Below, in pieces: positions 1-10,097 of a stretch of DNA of 38,504 nucleotides. Within the stretch, counting starts at the first letter, position 1; each line of letters begins with the position of its first letter. This stretch comes from Syntrophales bacterium (GTDB lineage Bacteria; Desulfobacterota; Syntrophia; Syntrophales; UBA2185). The stretch spans positions 1-38,504 of the forward strand of contig DATJBN010000064.1 of assembly GCA_035515335.1 (NCBI GenBank), in the 5' to 3' direction. Made by a program: the position numbers and the translations under genes. The notes beneath the pieces were generated by a model. That model saw only the letters and a program-made list of their open reading frames with translations, was not told the DNA's origin and did no database searches.

Positions 1-2
1 AA

Positions 3-116
3 TATGTCGGTCAGTTCAGAAACGACGAGTATCACGGGCAGGGGACGTTAACGCTTCCCACCGGCGAAAAATACGTGGGTGAGTGGAAGGACGGAAAGTT
101 CATGGAGGTCGATTGA
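3..116 (+). CDS. 3' end of a MORN-repeat protein (partial, runs off the window start)
   Basis: Frame 3 reads YVGQFRNDEYHGQGTLTLPTGEKYVGEWKDGKFMEVD then TGA at 114-116. It contains YxGxW/F..G..hG MORN-type units. Confidence 0.5.
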   Translation, partial: YVGQFRNDEYHGQGTLTLPTGEKYVGEWKDGKFMEVD

Positions 117-192
117 TCTGTTCAGAAGCTTTTCCTTCCGACCATGAACACATCAAAAACTATAGTCCAGCCAAGATCATCGGCAAAAAGTT

Positions 193-1002
193 TCACTCCC
201 GCGCCTTTGTGTAACCCGCCTTGATTGCCTCAGCCTCGGAATTGAAAGTGACCAGGTGATATGCCTTCACCCTGTTGTAATATTTCATGCCCGGCAGGTG
301 ATACCGTTTACTGTCGCTGTTTCCGATGACTTTTACCTTGGCGTGTGAATACTTTGCGACATTCGGGAGATGGCCGGCCACTTCTCTAGTCTTTTCCTGC
401 GGCGGAGAGGGAGGAACGGATTTTACGGCAGGATGATCGGTCGTACTCCCGGGAGCCGCCTGATCCTGCTCGCGTACTGCCTTCTTGGGGGCATCAGCCG
501 GCACAGCAATTCTCTTCTCACGGGTAATATCCTTCTTCACAACGCTTGCGACAACCGTCTGCTCGCCTTCCTTTAATTCCTTCTTCTGCCCCGTTATGTG
601 TACATAGAGCGAGAAAAAAACAAGGGCCCAGAGGATGAGGCTTGACCACAGGACAACCTGGAAAGAGGGCTTTCTGAAAAGGCTCTTTTCTCTCTTCACC
701 TGCTTGTAGGACGAGCCTCCTGCTGCAAAAAGAGATAACTGGGGTAGGCGCTTTGCCTGATTGGTGGGATCGTACTGCATCTCGTAACGATGCAGGACAT
801 CTCTCTTGCTCAATTTCAGACGGCTGGCATATTTTTTGAGATACCTTATGCTCATCTCCGACCGGGGAATGACGTGGAAGTTATCCTCCTCCAGCGCCCT
901 GATCAGAGGAATGCTGATACCCGTGGCGCGGGAAATATCCTCCAACGATATAAGGTGCGATTCCCGCTTTCTTCTCAAGTACTGGCCGAGGGTCTCTTGC
1001 AT
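193..1002 (-). CDS. Membrane-anchored HTH (RodZ/XRE-like) protein with a short conserved C-terminal module
   Basis: N-terminal HTH (LISLEDISRATGISIPLIRALEEDNF), one TM helix (VVLWSSLILWALVFFSLYV), and a Pro/Ala-rich linker. The C-terminus YHLPGMKYYNRV..FNSEAEAIKAGYTKA resembles the small Ada-/sunset-type C-terminal domain but lacks its cysteines. Confidence 0.7.
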   Translation of the reverse strand: MQETLGQYLRRKRESHLISLEDISRATGISIPLIRALEEDNFHVIPRSEMSIRYLKKYASRLKLSKRDVLHRYEMQYDPTNQAKRLPQLSLFAAGGSSYKQVKREKSLFRKPSFQVVLWSSLILWALVFFSLYVHITGQKKELKEGEQTVVASVVKKDITREKRIAVPADAPKKAVREQDQAAPGSTTDHPAVKSVPPSPPQEKTREVAGHLPNVAKYSHAKVKVIGNSDSKRYHLPGMKYYNRVKAYHLVTFNSEAEAIKAGYTKARE

Positions 1003-1331
1003 TTGTCACCACAATTCGCAGCGAACCATTTTGTGGAGTCCTTTTGCTTGAGCCCGAGTATAGTAAGAATGGAATCCTGTGTCAAAAGAAAAAGTTGAGA
1101 TCAATCTGTCCTGTGAAAAAGTACGGCAAATTTTCCGCAAAAAATCAGAAGAACTATGGGCGAAAATATGATAGAAGGACGGGTGTCAGGTCGCATCAAC
1201 AGTCTCAGTTTTTACAGTTAGCATCTTTAATTTCATTTCCCGATTGGCTTTGAATGTGGTTCCAGGCGGTTGCCTGGATTTACACCACCGAATTCTTTAA
1301 TTACGGTCAAGAAAAGAGGGAGGGAAGAAGC

Positions 1332-2990
1332 ATGGCAGATAACTGGAAACCTTTGACGGAAGCGGAGAAGGCAAGGTACAAAACCTTGAACAAAGAGAAT
1401 GTCGAATTCCTGATGGACCGGTACAATAAGGTCAATCGCTGGGTCATCGCCGATATGATCCGGCGCAGCATGTACCACTATCCTGACAAGAAGGCCCTGA
1501 TCTTCCAGGGTAAGTCTCTCACCTATGCCGAGCTTGAAGCGGAGTGCAACCGGACTGCCAATGCGCTTAAGTCTCTCGGTGTTGCGAAATACGACCGTGT
1601 CGCAATTCTCGCTCATAACACGATCCATCATGTTCTTACCTGGCTGGGATGCGCCAAGATAGGCGCAATCTACCTCGCGATCAATTATCTGCTGAGAGGA
1701 AAGGACATCTCCTATTGCATCAACCACTCGGAGAGCAAGGTCTTCATCGTCGAAGACAGCCTCTACGACCTGGTCAAGGATGTCCTCAACGACATGCCTT
1801 CGGTAAAGACGTGGATCTGGTCCAACCAGGGCGCCGGCAAATCTTCTGTCAGCGACCGCTTCATGGATTTTGACGGCTGGATCAAAAAATATCCCGCGAC
1901 CGAACCTGATGCGAACCTGCACATCGAGGATCCGGTGCAGATGACCTACACAAGCGGGACGGAGACGCTCCCCAAAGGTGTTATCATCAGCAACCAGGCC
2001 CTGATGGCCCAGTATATGGGAGCGATTGTAGATGGGCAGTATGATGAGGACGACATCTCCATCAACGCCCTTCCGATCTATCACTGCGCTCAGCGGGACG
2101 TGTTCATGAACCCGATCTTCTGGGTCGGCGGGACCAACGTGCTCGGCATTCCCGACATCGGCCAGATACTAAAGATGATTGCCGACTACAAGGCGACTCT
2201 GTTCTTTGCACCGCCGACGGTCTGGATCGGGATGCTCCGTCATCCTGATTTCAACAAATACGATCTATCGAGCCTCAAGAAATGCTACTACGGTGCATCG
2301 ATCATGCCTGTTGAGGTGCTGAAGGAGCTTATAGAGAGGTTGCCAGGAACGAGGATATACAACTATTACGGGCAGACCGAGCTTGCGCCGTACCACACGA
2401 TTCTCAAGGCGAAGGATGCACTCATGAAGCTCGGCTCCGCGGGGATGGGCGGCCTGAACATGGAGACAAGACTCGAAGACGACCAGTTCAAACCCATCGA
2501 TGCGCCGGGCCTCCCTGGCGAGATCTGTGGCAAGGGCCCCCATGCTTTGATCATGTATTTCAAGGACCCGGAGAAGACTGAAGAAGCGATGAAAGGGGGA
2601 TGGTTCCATTCAGGCGATGTCGGTGTCATGGACGATGACAGATACATTACCGTTGCCGACCGCAAGAAGGACATGATCAAGACGGGCGGAGAAAACGTCC
2701 CGACGAGGGAGGTCGAAGAGGCCATATACTTGGATAAAAGGGTGCAGGAGGTCGCAGTCATTGGGTTGCCGCATCCCAAATGGGTTGAGGCGGTGACGGC
2801 AGTCGTCGTTCCGAAGAAGGGCGAGACGATTACAGAACAGGAAATCATGGAGCACTGCAAGAAGGAACTTGCCCGGTTCAAGTGTCCCCAGAAGATAATC
2901 TTCCTCGACGCTCTTCCCAAGACGCCGACGGGAAAGATCCTCAAGAGGGAAATGCGAACGACCTATAAAAACGTGTTCGCCGGCAAATGA
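1332..2990 (+). CDS. Acyl-CoA synthetase (AMP-forming fatty-acid/acyl-CoA ligase)
   Basis: AMP-binding motifs are present: [24 protein letters not shown] and [13 protein letters not shown] prefer ATG 1332 (GAGGGAGGGAAG just upstream) over the track start at 1254. Confidence 0.9.
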   Translation: MADNWKPLTEAEKARYKTLNKENVEFLMDRYNKVNRWVIADMIRRSMYHYPDKKALIFQGKSLTYAELEAECNRTANALKSLGVAKYDRVAILAHNTIHHVLTWLGCAKIGAIYLAINYLLRGKDISYCINHSESKVFIVEDSLYDLVKDVLNDMPSVKTWIWSNQGAGKSSVSDRFMDFDGWIKKYPATEPDANLHIEDPVQMTYTSGTETLPKGVIISNQALMAQYMGAIVDGQYDEDDISINALPIYHCAQRDVFMNPIFWVGGTNVLGIPDIGQILKMIADYKATLFFAPPTVWIGMLRHPDFNKYDLSSLKKCYYGASIMPVEVLKELIERLPGTRIYNYYGQTELAPYHTILKAKDALMKLGSAGMGGLNMETRLEDDQFKPIDAPGLPGEICGKGPHALIMYFKDPEKTEEAMKGGWFHSGDVGVMDDDRYITVADRKKDMIKTGGENVPTREVEEAIYLDKRVQEVAVIGLPHPKWVEAVTAVVVPKKGETITEQEIMEHCKKELARFKCPQKIIFLDALPKTPTGKILKREMRTTYKNVFAGK

Positions 2991-3039
2991 TGCAACGCAT
3001 GTTCCAGAAAGGAATATATTAAAAAAAAGGAGATTCGGT

Positions 3040-3897
3040 ATGGAGATTAAGAATGTTTGTGTTTTGGGTGCGGGACTGATGGGAAGCGGCATTGCCCAGG
3101 TCTGCGCAGAGGCGGGTTTGCAGGTAGCGTTGAGGGATATCGAGCAGAGGTTCATCGACGGCGGGATGAATACGATCAAGAAGAACCTGAGCCGTGACGT
3201 AGAAAAGGGAAAGAAGACCCAGGAAAATATGAACGCGATCCTCGGCAGGATCAAGCCGACGCTTGACCTCAAAGAGGCGGCGGCCAAGGCCGACATCGTC
3301 GTGGAGGTTGTGATCGAAGTGATGAATGTCAAGAAGCAGGTCTACAAAGAATTGGAGGAGATCGTGTTTCCCGATTGCCTTTTCTTCAGCAACACCTCGG
3401 GTCTCTCGATTACGGAGATGGCGGCTATTACAAAGCGGCCCAAGAAGTTCATAGGGACCCACTTCTTCAATCCCGTACCGGTCATGCGCCTGCTCGAGAT
3501 CATCAGGGGCTACGAGACCTCAGATGAAACTCTCGAGATTGCCAAGGCATGGGGCAAGAAGATCGGCAAGGAAGTGATCGTCGTGAAGGAGGCGCCGGCC
3601 TTTGCGGTAAACAGGATCCTCTGTGTTATGTTAAACGAAGCGTTCTTCGCCCTTGATGAAGGGATAGCGAGCGCGGAGGATATAGATAAGGGCATGATGC
3701 TCGGCTGCAACCATCCCATCGGCCCCCTGGCCCTTTCCGACCTCGTGGGCAACGAGACACTCCTTCATGTCATGGAAGGTCTGCACAGAGAGCTGGGAGA
3801 CAAATACCGCCCGGCACCGCTTCTGGTGAAGCTCGTCCGTGCAGGACGCTTCGGCAGAAAATCGGGCAAGGGAGTTTACGATTACGCGAAGAAATAA
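3040..3897 (+). CDS. hbd: 3-hydroxybutyryl-CoA dehydrogenase
   Basis: Rossmann motif [14 protein letters not shown] and [15 protein letters not shown] motif. The length of 285 aa is typical, and AAGGAG lies 7 nt upstream of the ATG. Confidence 0.9.
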   Translation: MEIKNVCVLGAGLMGSGIAQVCAEAGLQVALRDIEQRFIDGGMNTIKKNLSRDVEKGKKTQENMNAILGRIKPTLDLKEAAAKADIVVEVVIEVMNVKKQVYKELEEIVFPDCLFFSNTSGLSITEMAAITKRPKKFIGTHFFNPVPVMRLLEIIRGYETSDETLEIAKAWGKKIGKEVIVVKEAPAFAVNRILCVMLNEAFFALDEGIASAEDIDKGMMLGCNHPIGPLALSDLVGNETLLHVMEGLHRELGDKYRPAPLLVKLVRAGRFGRKSGKGVYDYAKK

Positions 3898-3955
3898 GAA
3901 CGCGATCTAAAAACCTGGAGCGTCGAAACGGCCAGGTACTTACGTGAGGTAAATA

Positions 3956-5128
3956 ATGAAGGAAGTTTTTATCGTCAGTGCCGTGAGGTCGCCGATCGGC
4001 AGGCAGAACGGATTTCTCAGAAACTGGACGGCCCCCGAGCTCTTGGGGACAGTACTCGACGAGGCTGTCCGCAGGATTGACCTCGACCCCGCGATTGTTG
4101 ACGATGTAATTACAGGGACGGTGTATCAGGTCGGGGAACAGGGTTTCACCCTGGCCCGCATGGGCGTGCTTGCCTCAAAACTGCCGCTTACCGTGCCCGG
4201 CGTTTCGGTAAACCGCCAGTGCGGGAGCAGCCTCACCGCGATACAGCTTGCCCACGGCATGATCGCCTCGGGTACGATGGATGTGGTCATTGCGAGCGGA
4301 TGTGAGCTTCTGACAAAGTACGGCATGTTTTCGGATTTGAACGGGACGCTCTATACGGGGAAGCCCATGGGTAATCCCTTCGGCGCTTTTTACACAAATA
4401 AGTACGGGAGACCGGACCAGATTAAGGCGGCACAGATGATCGCAGATAAATGGGCGATTACGCGCGATGAGTGTCACGAATTTGCAATCGGAAGCCACAA
4501 AAAGGCCCACGCAGCAACTGTCAACGGGTATTTCAAGAATGAAATTCTGCCCGTCAAGGGCGTCGATAAAGACGGCAATGAGGTCATCAGAGATACCGAT
4601 GAACCAATCAGGCCGGAAACGACGCAGGAGAGCCTCTACTCCCTCAAGGTCCTGCCCAATACGAAATGGATAACGGCAGGAATATCGAGCACCATCACGG
4701 ATGGTGCGTCTGCCGTCATCCTGATGAGCGGAGAGAAAGTGAAGGAGCTGAAGCTCAAACCTCTTGTCCGCTTTGTGGCGAATGCCGTCGTGGGTTCAGA
4801 ACCGGAGATCATGCTGACAGGGCCTATCTATGTAACGCCCAAGGTACTTGCCAAAGCGGGCCTTTCGATCACGGCAATCGACATCTTTGAGATAAACGAG
4901 GCCTTCGCGCCCATACCGCTCGCCTGGGCAAAGGAGCTCAAGGCCGATCAGACGAAGCTCAATGTAAACGGCGGTGCACTTGCCCTGGGACATCCCGTTG
5001 GGAACTCCGGTTGCCGCCTGACGGTGACGGCCGTCTATGAGCTTATCAGGCGAAAGGCCCGGTACGCCCTCGTATCATTGTGCACGGGCGGAGGCATGGC
5101 GCCGGCAACCATCCTCGAAAGAGTGTGA
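3956..5128 (+). CDS. Acetyl-CoA acetyltransferase (thiolase)
   Basis: Thiolase signatures NRQCGSSLTAI (nucleophile Cys), GHPVGNSGCRL and CTGGGMA. The gene is co-directional with acs and hbd. Confidence 0.9.
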   Translation: MKEVFIVSAVRSPIGRQNGFLRNWTAPELLGTVLDEAVRRIDLDPAIVDDVITGTVYQVGEQGFTLARMGVLASKLPLTVPGVSVNRQCGSSLTAIQLAHGMIASGTMDVVIASGCELLTKYGMFSDLNGTLYTGKPMGNPFGAFYTNKYGRPDQIKAAQMIADKWAITRDECHEFAIGSHKKAHAATVNGYFKNEILPVKGVDKDGNEVIRDTDEPIRPETTQESLYSLKVLPNTKWITAGISSTITDGASAVILMSGEKVKELKLKPLVRFVANAVVGSEPEIMLTGPIYVTPKVLAKAGLSITAIDIFEINEAFAPIPLAWAKELKADQTKLNVNGGALALGHPVGNSGCRLTVTAVYELIRRKARYALVSLCTGGGMAPATILERV

Positions 5129-5179
5129 TGGTCTGTTGCCACATATGCAACAGTCATCGAGATGAATGTCATTGATTGT

Positions 5180-5209
5180 CGAAGCCCCGTTCCTTCGAGT
5201 GGGGCTTCG
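5180..5209 (+). terminator. Hairpin after the thiolase gene (9-bp stem CGAAGCCCC/GGGGCTTCG, 12-nt loop), with a weak T tract
   Basis: Perfect inverted repeat seen in the sequence, followed by CATTT. A second 7-bp hairpin lies at 5133-5153. Confidence 0.35.
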
Positions 5210-5271
5210 CATTTAGGAAAACTAAAAAAAGTCTCGGTGTCGTTCTTATACTGAGGCAGGAACTCTGTAAC

Positions 5272-5460
5272 ATGAAGCCATTCACAATACTTGCCATTGC
5301 CGTCCTCGCGTTCATTGCGTTTGCCCATCTTCTCCGCATCATTTTCGGATGGGAGGTCATTATCAACGGCTTTCACATTCCGCTTGCCGCGAGCGCCTTC
5401 GCACTCATATTTTTCGGCGGCCTTGCGTGCATGCTCTGGCGAGACTCGCACCGGACATAG
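5272..5460 (+). CDS. Small two-TM membrane protein (62 aa)
   Basis: MKPFTILAIAVLAFIAFAHLLRIIFGW...AASAFALIFFGGLACMLW. The internal ATG at 5272 lies after the upstream terminator hairpin, so the track start at 5176 is unlikely. Confidence 0.5.
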   Translation: MKPFTILAIAVLAFIAFAHLLRIIFGWEVIINGFHIPLAASAFALIFFGGLACMLWRDSHRT

Positions 5461-5560
5461 CAGAAGGCCCGCCACTTTCTCCGGAAAGCATGGTGCAATC
5501 CGATGGGCGGCATGCATCTGCGTGTCCCAGCAATCTTTAGAGAGGGCTATTTATGTACTC

Positions 5561-5740
5561 TTATTTACCCTTGCGATAGAAGTCCGTAAGGAACTCTGCA
5601 TCCTTCGGAGAGAGGTCGAAGCGCATAACGGCCTCGTTTATCAGTTTCTGAACGGCCTTGCTTGGGTCATCCTGCAGTCTATCAGAAATCCATTTAACGG
5701 CTTTGCGAATCGCCTCACCCTCGGGCATAATAGTGGCCAT
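5561..5740 (-). CDS. Small soluble protein (59 aa), absent from the ORF track because it is under 60 aa
   Basis: My translation is MATIMPEGEAIRKAVKWISDRLQDDPSKAVQKLINEAVMRFDLSPKDAEFLTDFYRKGK. AAGGAG lies 7 nt upstream, and the ORF sits 34 nt downstream of dedA on the same strand. Confidence 0.5.
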   Translation of the reverse strand: MATIMPEGEAIRKAVKWISDRLQDDPSKAVQKLINEAVMRFDLSPKDAEFLTDFYRKGK

Positions 5741-5774
5741 AGTCTACTCCTTGAGATAGTTGCTTTCTATATTG

Positions 5775-6383
5775 CTATTTTTCTTTCTTATGCTCGTCGT
5801 CTTTTTCTGCGGCCCTCCAGTACACGGCCATAATGAGAAATAACGTCACAATAAGAACAAAAGGTATTATGTAGCGATTTGAATATGCTGAAACGCGATG
5901 CCATTTCTCACCGAGAAAAAAGCCAAGGTTAATGAAAACCGCCGTCCAGAGAAGAGCTCCTGAGTATGCGAAGGCGGCAAATGCGGGATATGGCATAGGC
6001 GAAGAACCGGCAAGTATCGCCGTGAGGTGTCTTACCCCGGGAATAAAATAGCCTCCGACCAATGCAAATCTTCCATATCTAATGTAGAGCCTTCTCGCGT
6101 TCCCTATGTGATCGGGGTTTACGTTCAGCCTCGCCGAATATCTTTTTATCAAACGGATTCCCAGCGTCCGACCGAGGACATAGCCGAGCGTCGTGCCCGC
6201 GCATGTCCCGGCCATGCAAGCGATAAAGGTGTAGACATAGTTCAGCTTGCTTTCATAAACTAAAAAGCCCGCAAATGCAATCAATGTCTCATCAGGGATG
6301 GGAAGACCAAAGACTCCCAGCCCGAGAGCGACAAAGATTCCCCAGTAAGAATATTTTGTGATGGTAAGAAGCAGGGCATGCAT
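5775..6383 (-). CDS. dedA: DedA-family (SNARE-associated) membrane protein
   Basis: YWGIFVALGLGVFGLPIPDETLIAFAGFLV and the RYGRFALVGGYFIPGVRHL motif are typical of DedA. Confidence 0.85.
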   Translation of the reverse strand: MHALLLTITKYSYWGIFVALGLGVFGLPIPDETLIAFAGFLVYESKLNYVYTFIACMAGTCAGTTLGYVLGRTLGIRLIKRYSARLNVNPDHIGNARRLYIRYGRFALVGGYFIPGVRHLTAILAGSSPMPYPAFAAFAYSGALLWTAVFINLGFFLGEKWHRVSAYSNRYIIPFVLIVTLFLIMAVYWRAAEKDDEHKKEK

Positions 6384-6473
6384 CTATTGCCTATGACGTT
6401 TTTCCTAGGATCTTTTTGTATTATAGAATAATTGATTTCAAAAACGCGAGTCGAAATATCCTTCGTAACATAC

Positions 6474-6506
6474 AGAAAAGGGCGGGATGAATTCCCGCCC
6501 CTTTTC
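6474..6506 (-). terminator. Rho-independent terminator downstream of hup (GGGCGGGA / TCCCGCCC, 5-nt loop, flanking A and T tracts)
   Basis: Perfect 8-bp GC-rich stem at 6480-6487 and 6493-6500, with a T run on the minus-strand transcript. Confidence 0.6.
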
Positions 6507-6532
6507 GTATCTACTCTTATGATATCTGAATA

Positions 6533-6802
6533 TTACTTGATGGCATCTTTCAGTGCCTTGCCGGCAACAAACTTGGGGACTTTTTTGGCCGCTATCTTGA
6601 TGGGTTTTCCTGTCTGGGGATTTCTTCCCGTTCTCGCGGACCTCTTCGCGACGGAGAAGGTTCCGAAGCCTACCAGCGTTACCTTATCTCCCTTCTTCAG
6701 GGCCTTCTTGATTGCATCAAGGACGGAATTGACGGCGCTCACTGCCTCCACCTTGCTGCAGGTACTCTTTGCGACCTCATTGATAAGATCTTCCTTGTTC
6801 AT
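6533..6802 (-). CDS. hup: HU-family DNA-binding protein
   Basis: An 89-aa protein with the canonical HU arm: [44 protein letters not shown]. It has a strong AAAGGAGGAG RBS. Confidence 0.95.
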   Translation of the reverse strand: MNKEDLINEVAKSTCSKVEAVSAVNSVLDAIKKALKKGDKVTLVGFGTFSVAKRSARTGRNPQTGKPIKIAAKKVPKFVAGKALKDAIK

Positions 6803-6894
6803 AGTGTACTCCTCCTTTTCTTTATCGTTCTTTCTTTTATTAGTCTTGATCCGCCAAATACGGAAACTTAAACCCCGGGCACAAGTAATGTATC

Positions 6895-6923
6895 TTTATA
6901 GATTCTGAACTCTGAAAAAGCAA
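6895..6923 (-). promoter_or_regulatory. Sigma70-type promoter candidate for hup (TTGCTT-N17-TATAAA) with an AT-rich UP-like tract upstream
   Basis: Read on the minus strand, the -35 is at 6918-6923 and the -10 at 6895-6900. An A/T tract lies at 6925-6960. Confidence 0.45.
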
Positions 6924-7134
6924 CACCAAAATGCTTTTTTTTAAAATTTTATTTAAAAGCGGTGATAGGGGACACAAGATACTCTCATAAGGGACAGGGC
7001 CTGCCCTCGGCCTTGGGTCTTGGGTCTGGATCATCCGTCCCTGTTTGTTGATGCACTAATCTGCCTCACATCTTTAAACCGCGACAGCCTTTACCTTTGT
7101 CGTGAGAACGCAATGGATCGCACCGTCACCTTCA

Positions 7135-7677
7135 TCAGGGAACATTATGATTTTGCTTTAGAAAATATGTCTGTGTCGGATATATCAGATGAAGCCTGCT
7201 CGACGATGCCTTGCGTGTCGTGCATTTGCTGCGGTCCAGGTTACGAAGACCTATGGAATCGAAGAGCCAGATTCGCTTATTTGATATCTTGCGAACAATC
7301 GTCCAATGGTCATGCAGGCCGCCCAGGCTAAGAAGGATCACCCTTTTCTCACCCTTTGGCCGCTTCTCGTGTAGAAACCTTGTCATCTCCTTCCAGAATT
7401 CACTGATGCCCACGTCAGTATGCTTTTGAAAAGGTATCGCCCTGTTTATCTGGTCGCCGATGATATCTTTGAAGATGGTCCCCATCACCGTTATGCTGAT
7501 TCCCGAGGCCAGGGTTTCGGCGAGGCTCCTGTTCTCTTCGAGGTTGGTGATTATCTGCTTAAACAGCTTCTGTGATTCCTCGTTACTGAGTCCCTCGATC
7601 ACCCGCATCGCATTAACGATGCTGTATATGCCGCAGAGCGAGTCTAGGGCGCCCTGCTCGTATGGTTTGAGTTTCAT
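7135..7677 (-). CDS. Hypothetical protein with a papain/C39-like Gln-Cys...His-Asp arrangement
   Basis: N-terminal YEQGALDSLCGIYSIVNA (Q8, C15-G16) and C-terminal GGLHDHWTIV...IWLFDS. GGGAG lies 6 nt upstream of the ATG. The gene is isolated, with 155-nt and 332-nt flanking gaps. Confidence 0.6.
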   Translation of the reverse strand: MKLKPYEQGALDSLCGIYSIVNAMRVIEGLSNEESQKLFKQIITNLEENRSLAETLASGISITVMGTIFKDIIGDQINRAIPFQKHTDVGISEFWKEMTRFLHEKRPKGEKRVILLSLGGLHDHWTIVRKISNKRIWLFDSIGLRNLDRSKCTTRKASSSRLHLIYPTQTYFLKQNHNVP

Positions 7678-7832
7678 TGATTGCTCCCGAAAGGATGTGT
7701 TGAAATTTCTCCGATGAAAAATAATTCTGTGTGTTTATTTTGTCACAACCCTTTACACTTGAAAAGAAATCTTTTGGGTGTTCTTGGGGGTCACCATGAT
7801 CTCATTATTGTCTAATAATTACAAACAATTAA

Positions 7833-9986
7833 TCAGTTGTGCGGCTTTGCGTGAAGATTAAAGATATTCGTGTCGGACCTTTCCATGTGCCATCTCACGT
7901 TTTCGATCAGGGGCGCCAGGATGTTGATATAGTCGTCTGTCCACGGTGCGCTTTCGTTAAGACCGTCATCTTTTCCCAGCCTGACCCAGCCGCGGTCTAT
8001 GAGCGCTTGGAGGCGCGCCGGATTCCTCGCCAAAACCACACACCAGGAAGCATTCTGGTAATATTTCAGTTCACCCTTGGTGGCCGGGACATTTATGGCA
8101 CCATAGAGGTTGAGTCTTGCCGATGTGGCCTTGATCATCGGCCGGAGCTCATAGTAGCGATTCGAGACATGGAAGAGGATCACGCCGTCTTCTGCGAGCC
8201 TCTTGAGGTATATTTCCATTGCTTCCTTCGTCAGGAGATGAGTCGGTATGCCGTCGCCTGTAAAGGCATCCATGTGGATGATGTTGTAGTCCCGGCCCCC
8301 GCCGTCCGTTTTCTGCATTGAAAGACGGCCGTCTCCGACGATTATGCTGAGCCTGCCACTGCAATCCTCAAGATATGTAAACCAATCCCGGGCAATCTTT
8401 TCGTTGTCGGGATCAATCTCATAATACGTGACCTTGTCCGCCTTTCCCGTATATGCGGCAACTGCACCCGAGCCCAGTCCGAGTACGGCAATCCTCTTCG
8501 GTGCACGCGTTGTCTGATAGACGTCGGCAATTCCACCGCCTAGATAGAAATAGGAGATGGGCGTCTTTCTAATAGCAGGATCAAGGAGCTGCGCTCCATG
8601 AAGGGTTCTTCCATGAAGCAGTTTCCTCAAGCCTCCGGGGAGCCCGTCGACCGATGCCTCGTCTTTGATGCGATACGTCCCGTAAAAATTGCGATGGCGG
8701 AATTTTATCGGTTCCTTCCATGATTGCCAGGACTCCATGCCGATCGTAGAGAGCATACTGACGACTATCAGCACGCGGCCTCCTGTTGCCAGGAAGCGAT
8801 GAGTGCCGGCCGGGTACGGCAAAAAGGCCCTGTCACGACACCACCACAGGGAAACGGCGAGGAGCAATACCAGGAGCGGATATTCAAAAAGGCCTTTGAA
8901 CACGTGTGGGGCAATGAGGCTGACCAGAGCGCCGCCTATCCAGCCTCCCAGGGCAATAGAGAGATAAAAGTTTGTGAGAAGCGCCGGCCGCGGGCGAAGC
9001 TCGTAGAGAGTGCCGTGAGCGACAAGGCAGATCATGAAGAAGACGGAGAGATGTCCGATGATGGCGAGCCAGTGTGAGGGTCCCCAGAGGTAAAGGATGA
9101 ATGTTGCGAGGAGCAATTCCGGCCACAGGACAGCAAGAAACCGCGGTACGCCGCCTCTGGTCGAAAAGGTGATGATGAAGCTTCCGAGATAAAGGGCGAG
9201 AGGAAGGACCCAGGTCAAAGGAAAGGAGCCGACCTCTAGGGCGATGAAATTGGTCACAGCAAGGAGCAAGGCGGAAGGAAGGCTGCTTACGAGGAGCCAT
9301 TTGACATAGGTCATGATTGTTATCTCTTGCCGCCCGGCTTCTTCTTTAGGTTCCGGAGTATTGACCTCACGTCCGGCGTAGGGACGGAGAACAAACCAGG
9401 CGGCAGCCACAACTGCCGCATACGCAATATAGACCCCTGTCCACGCGAGGCTCTGCATCCGCACACCCGTTAGCGGTTCGGCGACAAGCGTGTAGCCGAG
9501 AAGCGCAATGAGAGAGCCTGCATTAGAAGCGGCATACAGCGGGTATGGCTCACGGTGCGCCCCGAGGGGCGAGCTGTAGAGCCAGAGTTGAGCGACCACG
9601 GCTGTTGTCGAAAGGACAATGAAAGGAAGCGCCACGCGGAGAAGAAGTATGCCAAGGATGTTTACGAGCGGCGCATGGGCATCGGGAGAGGCGGTGATAC
9701 TGAGTGGGAGGTTGATGAGGGGAATGGCAAGAAGGAAGAGATGCCACCCCCCCATCTTCTTTGCACAGAGGTGTGCATACAGATACCCGATAAGAAGCAT
9801 CGCCTGATAGAACATGAGACACGTGAGCCAGACATGGGCCGCGCCCCCAAAATAGGGTGTAAGCAATCTGCCGACGAGCGGCTCCATCCCGAAAAGGAGA
9901 AGGGCGCCCACGAACACCATGGAAGAAAGCAGCGCCATGGCCATTTTCCCCTTGGTCGCCGCCGCTGTTTTTTCGATCCCTGTCAT
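7833..9986 (-). CDS. Fused polytopic-membrane / spermidine-synthase-like (class I SAM-dependent aminopropyl/methyl-transferase fold) protein
   Basis: About 10-12 predicted TM helices in the N-terminal 400 aa. The C-terminal region RIAVLGLGSGAVAAY...YYEIDPD...IIHMDAFTGDGIPTHL...DGVILFHV is typical of SpeE-like domains. Confidence 0.85.
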   Translation of the reverse strand: MTGIEKTAAATKGKMAMALLSSMVFVGALLLFGMEPLVGRLLTPYFGGAAHVWLTCLMFYQAMLLIGYLYAHLCAKKMGGWHLFLLAIPLINLPLSITASPDAHAPLVNILGILLLRVALPFIVLSTTAVVAQLWLYSSPLGAHREPYPLYAASNAGSLIALLGYTLVAEPLTGVRMQSLAWTGVYIAYAAVVAAAWFVLRPYAGREVNTPEPKEEAGRQEITIMTYVKWLLVSSLPSALLLAVTNFIALEVGSFPLTWVLPLALYLGSFIITFSTRGGVPRFLAVLWPELLLATFILYLWGPSHWLAIIGHLSVFFMICLVAHGTLYELRPRPALLTNFYLSIALGGWIGGALVSLIAPHVFKGLFEYPLLVLLLAVSLWWCRDRAFLPYPAGTHRFLATGGRVLIVVSMLSTIGMESWQSWKEPIKFRHRNFYGTYRIKDEASVDGLPGGLRKLLHGRTLHGAQLLDPAIRKTPISYFYLGGGIADVYQTTRAPKRIAVLGLGSGAVAAYTGKADKVTYYEIDPDNEKIARDWFTYLEDCSGRLSIIVGDGRLSMQKTDGGGRDYNIIHMDAFTGDGIPTHLLTKEAMEIYLKRLAEDGVILFHVSNRYYELRPMIKATSARLNLYGAINVPATKGELKYYQNASWCVVLARNPARLQALIDRGWVRLGKDDGLNESAPWTDDYINILAPLIENVRWHMERSDTNIFNLHAKPHN

Positions 9987-10097
9987 CGATGAACCTTATT
10001 GCCTCGAATTTCTGGCGGCTCTATTATCACATAAGGCGGGCAACGGCTATTAAAAAGCACCATCTGACGGTATGCCGCCTTGTCCAAAAACGCCCAC

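Noticed and set aside
1044-1253. A 69-aa plus-strand ORF and an imperfect palindrome CGGCAAATTTTCCG (1124-1137) lie upstream of the acyl-CoA synthetase operon.
   Set aside because: The ORF has a non-ATG start, a Lys/Arg-rich product and no SD. The palindrome has two mismatches in 14 nt and no second copy, which is too weak to call an operator.
6840-7034. A 64-aa minus-strand ORF lies between the C39-like gene and hup. I considered it as a possible double-glycine substrate peptide.
   Set aside because: It has no GG leader motif and no RBS. It also overlaps the hup promoter and UP-element region.
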